64,000 nt of DNA from contig SVIG01000007.1 of the NCBI GenBank assembly GCA_015071005.1, forward strand, positions 14,523-78,522. Direction: 5' to 3'. Below, in pieces: positions 24,172 through 34,331 of the stretch. Numbering within the stretch: the first letter of the stretch is position 1; every line of letters starts with the position of its first letter. The DNA is from Clostridiales bacterium (lineage in GTDB: Bacteria; Bacillota; Clostridia; Christensenellales; Borkfalkiaceae). The notes beneath the pieces are model-generated. The model saw only the letters and a list, made by a program, of their open reading frames with translations, did no database searches and was not told the origin of the DNA. The translations under genes and the position numbers were made by a program.

Positions 24172-24187
24172 GAATTAAGTTGTTTTT

Positions 24188-24216
24188 ATTATACCCCCTT
24201 TACAGAAAAAAAGCAA
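24188..24216 (-). promoter_or_regulatory. promoter of the (now split) host tRNA-Arg gene
   Basis: The minus strand reads TTGCTT (24216-24211), 17-nt spacer, TATAAT (24193-24188). The -10 element ends 16 nt upstream of the tRNA 5' end. Confidence 0.55.
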
Positions 24217-24425
24217 TGATTTTTATCCCGTATCTCGGAATTATGGATTTCTTTTTTATCTGCGGAATAGAATAATGTAGAATGCGATAAATTATAAGTA
24301 AAACTTATAGATAATATAAAAAATAGTTATTTTGGATTCAAAAAAAGCGGGTAAAATTAAAAATATTTATACTTTTTATCAAAAAGCAAGGCAAAATCCT
24401 TGCATTGGTTGGTAAAAAGTGATAA

Positions 24426-25829
<1,404 letters not shown>

Positions 25830-25938
25830 TTTAAGAAAAAAAGGAAGGGAGTCCGAGTAAAACGGGCTCCTTTTTGTATACAATTTTTTCCATTTGGGCA
25901 TACTCTATTTTAGAAAACAAATAAAAGGAGTAAACCCA

Positions 25939-27216
25939 ATGAATCCGTTTAACGAAAAGCCGATGCCGATAGAAAAGGCGTTGCAAAATTGGAAAGAACT
26001 GTACCCTAAGCCCTACGATAAGCGCGAGGTGGATCCGTATACTAAAACCCGTATTATTCTTATGAACGGTACAGAGTTTGAGGCGAACTGGTTTTCTCAT
26101 CAGTTTGCGCGGCACGTGTATGATAATGATTTGCGGCGCGAGATTGCGTTGACGCGCGAAATCGAGAAGCAACAGCAGTTAAAGATTTCTCTGCTCAAAC
26201 CTATCAATGAAAACACGTTAGAGCATACGATTGGCTACGAGCAGTTAGCCGTAGATTTAACGGCGGAGCTCGCCAAACGCGAGCTTGACTGCAACGTAAA
26301 AACGGCGTTGGATTTTGCCCTTTTGGAAGACTTTGACCATTTATACCGCTATGCGGATTTATTGGAAATGGAGCAAGGCGTTGCGGCGGAATGGCTGGTA
26401 GGACGGTACACGGAAATAATGCCGGGCAGACCGACGATTGCCCATCATCGTTATCCTATGGATAACGTGCGGCGTAGCATTAACGCCAAAACCGCGGATA
26501 CACAAACGGTGCTTTCGACCATGATTATCACGGCAGCGGAGCAGCAAACGATGAATTACTATATGAACGTCACTAACTTTGCTTGCACGGATATGGGCAG
26601 AAAGCTGTATCAAGAAATCGCGCTTGTCGAAGAAGAACACGTCACCCACTACGAGTCGTTAATGGATCCGAATGCAACGTGGTTGGAAATGCTTTTATGG
26701 CACGAATATTGCGAGTGTTATTTATATTGGTCGTGCTACAAAACGGAAACAGATCCTTGCATTAAAAAGCTTTGGGAAACGTATTTGACCTTTGAAATTT
26801 CGCATCTTCATAAAGCGGCGGAATTATTGCAAAAATACGAAAAAAAGGAATGGCAGGAAGTCATTAAAGATCCCGAGTTTCCCGAGCCCTTGTCTTTGCA
26901 CGAAAATATTCAATACGTGCGCAAAATTTTGGGCGAAACGGTGCAATACACGACGGATAGGGAAGAATACCGCCGCGTGCGTGATTTGCCTGAAAACGCC
27001 GATTTTTTCCGTTTCCAAAAGACGATACAGCCCACGTCGCAAATGACTCCGTCTCATTGCGTTATCGAGAACTTTATTCGCCGTCGCGGAGCGGATTATC
27101 GCTTCCAAATTGCGCCTTCGCCTGTGGAAGAACTGCGCAATCGCCGCCAAGACAATACATCGGTGGGGAGAAAACCCGACGCGGCGGATTCTACAAATTT
27201 CTTTTGCAACGATTAA
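25939..27216 (+). CDS. hypothetical protein, possibly ferritin-like/di-iron
   Basis: The preferred start is the ATG at 25939 (SD AAAGGAG), not the track start at 25894. It contains EEEH and EISH (ExxH) motifs plus several conserved Glu helices. Function is uncertain. Confidence 0.6.
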   Translation: MNPFNEKPMPIEKALQNWKELYPKPYDKREVDPYTKTRIILMNGTEFEANWFSHQFARHVYDNDLRREIALTREIEKQQQLKISLLKPINENTLEHTIGYEQLAVDLTAELAKRELDCNVKTALDFALLEDFDHLYRYADLLEMEQGVAAEWLVGRYTEIMPGRPTIAHHRYPMDNVRRSINAKTADTQTVLSTMIITAAEQQTMNYYMNVTNFACTDMGRKLYQEIALVEEEHVTHYESLMDPNATWLEMLLWHEYCECYLYWSCYKTETDPCIKKLWETYLTFEISHLHKAAELLQKYEKKEWQEVIKDPEFPEPLSLHENIQYVRKILGETVQYTTDREEYRRVRDLPENADFFRFQKTIQPTSQMTPSHCVIENFIRRRGADYRFQIAPSPVEELRNRRQDNTSVGRKPDAADSTNFFCND

Positions 27217-27225
27217 GTTTGTAGT

Positions 27226-27259
27226 AACCAGCCCGATATTTACAAATATCGGGCTGGTT
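27226..27259. terminator. 15-bp perfect hairpin without a U-tract
   Basis: AACCAGCCCGATATT-TACA-AATATCGGGCTGGTT, 10 nt after the stop at 27216. Confidence 0.45.
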
Positions 27260-27374
27260 GTTGATGTATTATGTCAGATGTAATACCTATGTCACGCATA
27301 ATAAGTGTTGCAATCCCTTGAAAATAAAAGGTATTACGCCACACGTAATATCTATGTGTCGCATAGAAGATGAA

Positions 27375-27401
27375 AAGCCACGCCTTTTTAAGGCGTGGCT
27401 T
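27375..27401. terminator. bidirectional intrinsic terminator (ends the pot operon)
   Basis: Stem AAGCCACGCC/GGCGTGGCTT, flanked by an A-run and a T-run. The potD stop is at 27410. Confidence 0.75.
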
Positions 27402-27409
27402 TTCTTGAA

Positions 27410-28810
27410 TTATTTAATATTGTTCCACATACGATTTGCGCGTTCGTTCGTCTTTTTATCAAAGTAGTTCATAACGACGAGACGTTCTTTTGTGGTAGTG
27501 TCGGGGTACTGTGCGAAGAGTTGACGACGAGTTTGTTCTATCGAAGTGGTCAACATTGCACCTTGCCCAAAGAAATAGGATAAATCATACGTTGTAGTTT
27601 CGGGTGCGTTTTCTTCTTCGCCGTAGGTGAAGTCCACGTAGTCGTAAACGTCCGAGCCTGCCACGCAGCTTGTATAGCCGATATAATACATATTGCGAAT
27701 AACGTTTTGGGGCATGGAAAGGAAGTTGACAAAGGCTTGCGCAGGGTCTTTTTTAGCGCCTTCCATCATAACCCAACCGTCAAACCAAAGGTTGGATGCG
27801 GATTTTGGAATGCTGTATTCGAGTTCTAAATCCGATTCTGTTTCCGCTTCATCGAGAATGAATACGGCGTCACCGCTCCATTGATAGGAGGCGTCGAGTC
27901 TTCCCATAATCATATCCGTTTTGCCTTCGTCCGTTTCCAAACCGTATAGATTTTTACGTACTTTTATGAGTTCTTTCTTAACGCCGCGCATCGTGTCGAT
28001 AGAGGTGTCATTCATCCATTCGGAAAGAACGCGTTTATATTCGTCGGGATTGTTGGCTTGAAGCTTGAGTAATTCGTCTTCATAATAGATGCCAAGGCCC
28101 ATGAAATAGGAGTCGCGCACGTTATCTTTTGCGGTGATTTTTCGATCGCAAGCGGTGCTTTTTAAGCATTTCCAGCTACTCATAATCTCTCTTGCGTCTT
28201 CGGGCGAATCGCCGATTTTCTCGGGATTAAAGACAAAACCCGTTGTTCCCCACATATACCCTGCAATATAGCCGGTAAGTCCCGTTTGTGCAAAAATTTC
28301 CTTGGTGTAAACGGATTCGTTTTCTACGTAATAATTATAGTTTTCAGGTGTCTTTGCGGCATAGAACGCATCATCAAAGGGGATTAAGCGATCCTCCGCC
28401 TTTAATTTCATTGCCATATATTCCGACGGACAAAGCAAATCGTAGGAATCGCCCATTTTGATTTTATTGTACATCGTTTCATTGTCTTGCAAAGGTATAT
28501 ATTCGACCTTGATTTCCTTGCCAGTTTGGTTAAAGTACCAATCTTCAAACTCGTCATAAAGGGGACGGCTTTTGGTTAAATCAATGCCAAACTTTTCCGC
28601 ATAAAAATCTCTAAAAGCGACCAAGTCGGGATCGTTACCGTCGTAAACGTCGCCGCCCATATCAATGTACTCGCCCCAGCTTGCGACGCGCAATACTTTT
28701 TCGTTATTGTTGCCAAGCCCGAGCCTGGACGAACAACCCGTGAGAGAGGTGAGCGCAATAGAGGATGCGCAAAGACAAAAAGCAAGGGTTCTTAATAAGG
28801 ATTTTCTCAT
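27410..28810 (-). CDS. potD: spermidine/putrescine ABC transporter substrate-binding lipoprotein
   Basis: 466 aa with a signal peptide and lipobox (LTGC). Last gene of the potABCD-type operon. Confidence 0.85.
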   Translation of the reverse strand: MRKSLLRTLAFCLCASSIALTSLTGCSSRLGLGNNNEKVLRVASWGEYIDMGGDVYDGNDPDLVAFRDFYAEKFGIDLTKSRPLYDEFEDWYFNQTGKEIKVEYIPLQDNETMYNKIKMGDSYDLLCPSEYMAMKLKAEDRLIPFDDAFYAAKTPENYNYYVENESVYTKEIFAQTGLTGYIAGYMWGTTGFVFNPEKIGDSPEDAREIMSSWKCLKSTACDRKITAKDNVRDSYFMGLGIYYEDELLKLQANNPDEYKRVLSEWMNDTSIDTMRGVKKELIKVRKNLYGLETDEGKTDMIMGRLDASYQWSGDAVFILDEAETESDLELEYSIPKSASNLWFDGWVMMEGAKKDPAQAFVNFLSMPQNVIRNMYYIGYTSCVAGSDVYDYVDFTYGEEENAPETTTYDLSYFFGQGAMLTTSIEQTRRQLFAQYPDTTTKERLVVMNYFDKKTNERANRMWNNIK

Positions 28811-29625
28811 TTCTTTTTACTCCTTGCTTTGTGCGTTGCGTAAATATTCACCGCAATTACCGAAATGATGATAATCAAGAAAATAATAGCGGTAAATGCC
28901 CAGTAAGCAGCTTTGATTCGAGGCCCGAAATAGTTGCCCTTGCTGTCAAGCGAATAAATATGTGTACTGATTGTTTCAAAGGAATCTGGCTTTGTATACA
29001 CCGCGACAACGTAATCGTCAAGCGATAACGTCACGGAAAGCAAGAAACCTGCAATAATACCCGGCAAAATTTGCGGGATAATGACGGAAAAAAGCGCTTT
29101 TGTGGGGGATGCGCCAAGATCCAATGCCGCTTCGTAGAGGTTGTTGTCCATCTGTTTAAGCTTGGGGATAATGGAAAGTACCACAAAAGGAGTACAAATA
29201 ATCATTTGCCCAATAATTAGAGGCAGGAAAGTGTTTTTATCAAATCCGAAGAAGGACACAAAGAGCGCGAAGGAAATCGCGGTGACAACTTCGGCGTTGA
29301 TTACTGGAATTTGATTGATTGCCGAAAGGGTACGATTGATGCGTTTTTTCGAGTAAAAAAGTCCGATTGCGCCCACCGTTCCCAAAAGGGTGGACAAAGC
29401 CGCGACAACAAACGCAAGTGCGAGTGTTTGCAGTACTACGCGCAAGGGTTCATTATCAAAACTGAAGAAATACTTGTAGTGTTCAAGGCTAAATCCCTTC
29501 CAACCGCTTTGAATCATATTGCTTTCGTTAAAGCTGTTGATGGTCAGGAAAATGATCGGGAAATAGATAAAGAGAAGCACTAAAGCAATGAAAAACCATT
29601 TTAATATGCTTTTACATTTTACCAT
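28807..29625 (-). CDS. potC: spermidine/putrescine ABC transporter permease
   Basis: 272 aa with 6 TM segments and a binding-protein-dependent transport EAA-like motif (EAALDLGAS). Its start overlaps its neighbour. Confidence 0.85.
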   Translation of the reverse strand: MVKCKSILKWFFIALVLLFIYFPIIFLTINSFNESNMIQSGWKGFSLEHYKYFFSFDNEPLRVVLQTLALAFVVAALSTLLGTVGAIGLFYSKKRINRTLSAINQIPVINAEVVTAISFALFVSFFGFDKNTFLPLIIGQMIICTPFVVLSIIPKLKQMDNNLYEAALDLGASPTKALFSVIIPQILPGIIAGFLLSVTLSLDDYVVAVYTKPDSFETISTHIYSLDSKGNYFGPRIKAAYWAFTAIIFLIIIISVIAVNIYATHKARSKKK

Positions 29626-30473
29626 AACGAAGTACCTCTCGTGTCATTTTGATCGCTTGCCTTAAAACCGCCGGTTAACCACGTGACGAGGAACATGAAG
29701 GTCAGCAAAACAAGCGCGATAAACGAACCGTCGTGCCACAAATCGCCCGTGAAATAGTCGTCGATCAGTTTCCCGATGATTTTTACATTGCGGTAAGTGA
29801 GATAATTGGAAACGACGTAGTTTGTCATCGAGGGCAAGAATACCATCGAAACGCCGCTCATAATCCCTGCTTTAGAAAGGGGAAGGGTGACTTTGACAAA
29901 AGCTCTCGCGCCCGTAGCGCCAAGATCGCGCGCCGCTTCCAAATAGCTGTTGTCAATTTTAATAAGGGTTGTATAAATAGGTAAAATCATAAAGGGCAGG
30001 AAATCGTATACCATACCTAAAATGGTGTTAAAGATATTCCAACCGTTTGATTTATTGAAAATTCCAATCCAAACCAACAGCTCTTTCAAGGCGTTGATAC
30101 GGAGTACGAAATTTACCCACATCGGTACGATGAAAAGTAATAAGAGCGCCGATTTATTTTTCAGCTTGGATTTTGCGATTATGTATGCGACGGGGTATGC
30201 GATTAAGAGACATACGATTGTGCTCATAACGGAGATGAAAAGGCTTTGCATAATCGTCTTGAAGTTGTACGATTTAAAGAACGCCCAAAAGCCTTCGCCG
30301 TCTTCATTAAAGAACACCTTTACGTATTCCATCGTGAAACGTCCTTCATCGTTGGTAAACGCGTAATAAATGATAATCAGCAGGGGGATTACAACAAATA
30401 TCCCCAAGAATAACCCGTACGGTATCGCGAGCAATTTCCGCGAAAAACGAGGGGGAGCTTTTTTCTTTGTCAT
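29619..30473 (-). CDS. potB: spermidine/putrescine ABC transporter permease
   Basis: 284 aa with an EAA motif (EAARDLGAT). It overlaps potA and potC. Confidence 0.85.
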   Translation of the reverse strand: MTKKKAPPRFSRKLLAIPYGLFLGIFVVIPLLIIIYYAFTNDEGRFTMEYVKVFFNEDGEGFWAFFKSYNFKTIMQSLFISVMSTIVCLLIAYPVAYIIAKSKLKNKSALLLLFIVPMWVNFVLRINALKELLVWIGIFNKSNGWNIFNTILGMVYDFLPFMILPIYTTLIKIDNSYLEAARDLGATGARAFVKVTLPLSKAGIMSGVSMVFLPSMTNYVVSNYLTYRNVKIIGKLIDDYFTGDLWHDGSFIALVLLTFMFLVTWLTGGFKASDQNDTRGTSLW

Positions 30474-31996
30474 TTCTTTACGCCCTCCGCAACTTTTAAG
30501 GTGAGCTTAATCTTATCCCTGGGGATAATCAAGCTAACAAGGTCGTTTTCGTTCCACAAGTCTTCACACGCGAGTACGTAATCTTCTTCATTTTCGGTGC
30601 GGACGATGTAACGATAGTATTCGCTCTTATAAATAAGGGAAATAATATGCCCTTGTGCGCCACCTTCTTCCAAATTGTCACTCATTGTGATATCGTGTAA
30701 GCCGACTTCTACGTTGACTTCCGTATCCGTCAAATCGAGTTTTTCGCCTTTTGCCGTAATCAAATAGCCTTCTTCGTCCAAATGACTCCCCGGATAAAGC
30801 TGCGTGACGTCGCATTCAAATTCGCCGTCGCCAAACTCTACGGTATTGCGCTTGGTGATAATGCCCGTGAACTTATTCACTTTGAATTTCTTTTTCATAA
30901 CGTGAATACCGTCGGGCGCGACGTTCAAACCGACCGTTTCTCCAACGCAGGGGGTAGTGGTGCTTTGAATTTCAATTTCGTAGCGGCCGCATTGAACAAG
31001 GATTTGATAGTGCATGCCTTTGAAAATAACAGACGTCACCTTGCCTTTGAGTACGCCGTCCTCCACGGACGTGATTTGTACGTCTTCGGGACGAACGACA
31101 ACGTCTACGGGTTCATCCTTTTCAAAGCCGCCGTCAAGGCATTTGAACGCCTTTCCGCAGAATCGAACTTGCCCGTCTTTCGGCATTACGCCGCTGAAAA
31201 TATTGCTTTCGCCGATAAAGTCGGCAACAAACGTGTTTTGCGGTTCGTTATAAATGGATTCGGGTGTACCGATTTGTTGGATCGTACCATCGGACATAAC
31301 GACGATAGTATCGGACATGGTAAGCGCTTCTTCTTGGTCGTGCGTGACGTAAATAAAGGTAATGCCAAGGCGTTTGTGCATGGCTTTGAGTTCAAGCTGC
31401 ATTTCCTTGCGCATTTTCAAGTCCAAAGCGCCGAGCGGTTCGTCCAAGAGCAAAATTTCGGGTTCGTTAACGATTGCGCGCGCGATAGCGATACGTTGCT
31501 GTTGACCACCCGAAAGGGTAGAGATACTACGCTTTTCGAAGCCCGCGAGGTCAACGATTTCCAAGGCTTTTTTAACCTTTTCCGCGATGATAACCTTCGG
31601 GAGTTTTTTATATTTTACTTTTTCATTTCCGTTTTTATCCACGTACGTCGTTTCAATGCGTTTAAGCTTCAAGCCAAACGCAACGTTTTCAAAAACGTTC
31701 AAGTGAGGGAAAAGGGCGTATTTTTGGAACACCGTATTAACAGGGCGTTTATTCGGTGGTAAAGCGCTGATGTCTTCGCCGTTCAAAAGAATTTGACCGC
31801 TCGTGGGCATTTCAAAACCTGCGATCATACGAAGGGTAGTCGTTTTGCCGCAACCCGACGGGCCGAGGAAAGTGACAAACTCGCCCTTGCGAACGTAAAA
31901 GTTAATGTTTTCGACAACAGTCACGCCGTCGAATTCTTTGCTTACGTTTACGACTTCAATAATATGGTTCTTCTTCTTTTCCGTTTTCGTTTCCAT
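30470..31996 (-). CDS. potA: spermidine/putrescine ABC transporter ATPase with an extra C-terminal domain
   Basis: Walker A GPSGCGKTT, signature LSGGQQQR and Walker B LLLDEP. A TOBE-like domain is followed by about 130 additional residues that resemble a second TOBE-like domain. Confidence 0.9.
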   Translation of the reverse strand: METKTEKKKNHIIEVVNVSKEFDGVTVVENINFYVRKGEFVTFLGPSGCGKTTTLRMIAGFEMPTSGQILLNGEDISALPPNKRPVNTVFQKYALFPHLNVFENVAFGLKLKRIETTYVDKNGNEKVKYKKLPKVIIAEKVKKALEIVDLAGFEKRSISTLSGGQQQRIAIARAIVNEPEILLLDEPLGALDLKMRKEMQLELKAMHKRLGITFIYVTHDQEEALTMSDTIVVMSDGTIQQIGTPESIYNEPQNTFVADFIGESNIFSGVMPKDGQVRFCGKAFKCLDGGFEKDEPVDVVVRPEDVQITSVEDGVLKGKVTSVIFKGMHYQILVQCGRYEIEIQSTTTPCVGETVGLNVAPDGIHVMKKKFKVNKFTGIITKRNTVEFGDGEFECDVTQLYPGSHLDEEGYLITAKGEKLDLTDTEVNVEVGLHDITMSDNLEEGGAQGHIISLIYKSEYYRYIVRTENEEDYVLACEDLWNENDLVSLIIPRDKIKLTLKVAEGVKK

Positions 31997-32076
31997 AATC
32001 TATTCTCCCGAAAATCTTTTGTGTTCAATATAATAAATATGTAATATATGCGCACATACGCACGCGCGCGGGGGTA

Positions 32077-32610
32077 TTAAAAATTCGGCGGCGTGGAAAT
32101 CCACAAAAATCTTGCCTTTCCCTTGCCTTTATTGATAATAAGGTGGGGTTTGCTTGCCGCGTAATAAAAAGCTTCGCCTTTTTTGCAGGTATGATGGGCG
32201 TTTCCAAGCGCAATCACGATTTTTCCTTCCAATACGTAGCCAAACTCCTCGCCTTCGTGGGGGACGTCGGCTACGGTTTCCGCGCCTTCAGCAAGCTCTA
32301 CGAGTACGGGTTCCATCATATTTTTTTGCGCGTTTGGAATCAACCAATTCCAAAGTACGCCGTCCGAGTCCTTTTCGATAAACTCATTTTTAGAAAAGAC
32401 AACCTTTTCCGCAGTTTCTTCACGGAAAAATTCCGAAAGACTGCTCCCAAGCGCCGCCAAAATATCCGTGAGCGTCGCGATAGAAGGACTGTTTAAGTTG
32501 TTTTCTAATTGCGATATATAGCCCTTCGTCAATTCGCAGCGATCGGCTAACTCTTCTTGCGTAAGACCCTTTTGGTTTCGCATTTGCCTGATTTTTTTAC
32601 CCAGATTCAT
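32077..32610 (-). CDS. XRE-family HTH regulator with a C-terminal cupin domain (PuuR-like)
   Basis: The preferred start is the ATG at 32610 (MNLGKKIRQMRNQKGLTQEELA...). The track start at 32679 is a GTG with no SD and would run through the operator repeats. A cupin motif is present at the C-terminus. Confidence 0.8.
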   Translation of the reverse strand: MNLGKKIRQMRNQKGLTQEELADRCELTKGYISQLENNLNSPSIATLTDILAALGSSLSEFFREETAEKVVFSKNEFIEKDSDGVLWNWLIPNAQKNMMEPVLVELAEGAETVADVPHEGEEFGYVLEGKIVIALGNAHHTCKKGEAFYYAASKPHLIINKGKGKARFLWISTPPNF

Positions 32611-32640
32611 ACTTGCCACCCAAAATACGTTTTTTTTGGT

Positions 32641-32738
32641 AAAAAGTTTAGTAAAAGTAAACTTTTTACTTGGTTTCACCTATTTTAGAAAAAGTTTGTT
32701 AAAAATAAACGAAAAGTTTAGTTAAAATAAACTTTTTC
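32641..32738. promoter_or_regulatory. two palindromic operators plus one degenerate copy upstream of the XRE-cupin/pot genes
   Basis: 32641-32667 is AAAAAGTTTA-GTAAAAG-TAAACTTTTT. 32711-32738 is GAAAAGTTTA-GTTAAAA-TAAACTTTTTC. A degenerate copy AAAAAGTTT-GTTAAAAA-TAAAC lies at 32688-32710. Confidence 0.55.
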
Positions 32739-32880
32739 GTGGTATTATTATAGAATAATAATAAACGTATGTCAATCGTTTGACAAGGATATTATAAAAT
32801 ATTTTTTTCAAATTATAAAAAAAGAAACGCGCCTATTTCAAGTGGGGGATAGGCGCGTCGCTCGTGCGTGAAAACACAAC

Positions 32881-32911
32881 GAAAAAAGGGGTCTACCAAT
32901 TGGCAGACCCT
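32881..32911 (-). terminator. intrinsic terminator of rpsT
   Basis: Minus-strand stem GGGTCTGCC/GGTAGACCC (one mismatch) followed by a T-run. A second hairpin lies at about 32828-32860. Confidence 0.7.
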
Positions 32912-32946
32912 CATATTTATAATATAAACATGTATTATAAAAAGGA

Positions 32947-33210
32947 TTAGTTCAAAGCAGCAAGCTTTTTAGCGAGTTTTGCTTTTCTATTGTTTGCGTT
33001 ATTCTTATGGATAACGCCCTTCGTAACAGCAGCGTCAATCGCGGAAACGGTTTCAGGGAAAAGCTTCGTAGCAGCTTCCTTGTCGTTTGCTTCAACAGCA
33101 GCAAGGAATTTCTTTACCTGCGTTTTCAACGCGGATTTGATTGCTTTGTTTCTCATGGTTTTCTTATCAATAACCAAAACTCTTTTTTTAGCGGATTTAA
33201 TATTAGGCAT
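32947..33210 (-). CDS. rpsT: 30S ribosomal protein S20
   Basis: 87 aa starting MPNIKSAKKRV, basic and helical, typical of S20. Confidence 0.95.
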   Translation of the reverse strand: MPNIKSAKKRVLVIDKKTMRNKAIKSALKTQVKKFLAAVEANDKEAATKLFPETVSAIDAAVTKGVIHKNNANNRKAKLAKKLAALN

Positions 33211-33353
33211 AATGTTCTCCTTTTTTGTTCCAATGTTAATTTCAAATTGCGTAGTCTATTTTAACATAAATTTATAGGATTGTAAACTGTTTTTCACTGA
33301 AAAAACGCGAAAAACAAGAAAAATTTCAAAAAAACTATCTTTTCGAGGCGGAA

Positions 33354-34265
33354 ATGAAAATACCTACGGGCGGAATTCTATTTTTTGATAGCGGTATAGG
33401 GGGCTTGACTGTTTTGGCGGAGACGTTACCGCTTTTTCAAAAGCAGATATTTTTCTATTATGGCGATAACGACCGTGCACCGTACGGAAACTTATCTATG
33501 GAAGAAATACAAAAAAACGTTCGAGGGGTTTTTCAAGAACTTGATACCCTTAACCCACGAATGGCAGTGCTTGCCTGTAATACCGCAACGGCGGTATGTG
33601 CGGAAGACCTACGAATGACTTTACCATATCCGATTATCGGTGCGGAGCCTGCGATTATGCCTGCGGCAAAAAATGGGGGAGAGGTCCTTGTTTTGGCAAC
33701 GCGCGCTACGTGTGAAAGCGAGCGGTTTTGTCGGCTGTGCGATAGGGCGCATCGTTTATACCCCCAAGTTAAAATAAAGGCAGTTGCATGTGAAGGGCTT
33801 GCAGGTGGGATAGAAAAAAATGTTTTGCACGGCGATTTTGACCCTACGCCCTATCTACCACGCGAAAGACCGACGTCGGTCGTGCTCGGCTGTACCCATT
33901 ATATATACGTAAAGAAAAAGGTTGAGAAATTTTATGCCTGCCCCGTCTATGATGGGAACGAGGGTATTGCGATGCGCGTACATGAACTTTTTGATAAAAA
34001 TACTTCCAAAAACGGTATAGGTAGGGATGGGCGACCACTCAAAACCCCAACGTTTGGATTGAACGATGCAAAGCTTGTTTTTAACCCCAAGAAAGAGTGG
34101 AAAATTGCAAGGAGGGAGCAAATTTTTCATAAAAAAGCCTATTTAAGTGCCCATTTGGAAAGCTTTATAATAGATAGGAATGGTAATCAGATTTTCTTCC
34201 TTGGAACGCAAAAAAAGCACAATAAACACATTTTCGAACAAATGTTCGTGAAATGTAGGAAATAA
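33354..34265 (+). CDS. murI: glutamate racemase
   Basis: Motifs FDSGIGGLTV, ACNTAT and GCTHY. Confidence 0.9.
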   Translation: MKIPTGGILFFDSGIGGLTVLAETLPLFQKQIFFYYGDNDRAPYGNLSMEEIQKNVRGVFQELDTLNPRMAVLACNTATAVCAEDLRMTLPYPIIGAEPAIMPAAKNGGEVLVLATRATCESERFCRLCDRAHRLYPQVKIKAVACEGLAGGIEKNVLHGDFDPTPYLPRERPTSVVLGCTHYIYVKKKVEKFYACPVYDGNEGIAMRVHELFDKNTSKNGIGRDGRPLKTPTFGLNDAKLVFNPKKEWKIARREQIFHKKAYLSAHLESFIIDRNGNQIFFLGTQKKHNKHIFEQMFVKCRK

Positions 34266-34331
34266 AAGGGGTTCAGGTGGTTAAAAAAGTGAAATTTTTT
34301 CAATTTTTTTCAAAAAAATGTCAAAAAACTA

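Noticed and set aside
27280-27365. A mini CRISPR array (21-nt repeats)
   Set aside because: There are only two imperfect copies, the repeat is shorter than typical CRISPR repeats, and no cas genes or leader are present.
32030-32076. Alternating purine-pyrimidine GC-rich tract (CACATACGCACGCGCGCG) between the regulator and potA
   Set aside because: It is short and isolated. It most likely lies within the potA promoter/UTR, and I found no repeat or stable hairpin that I could support.
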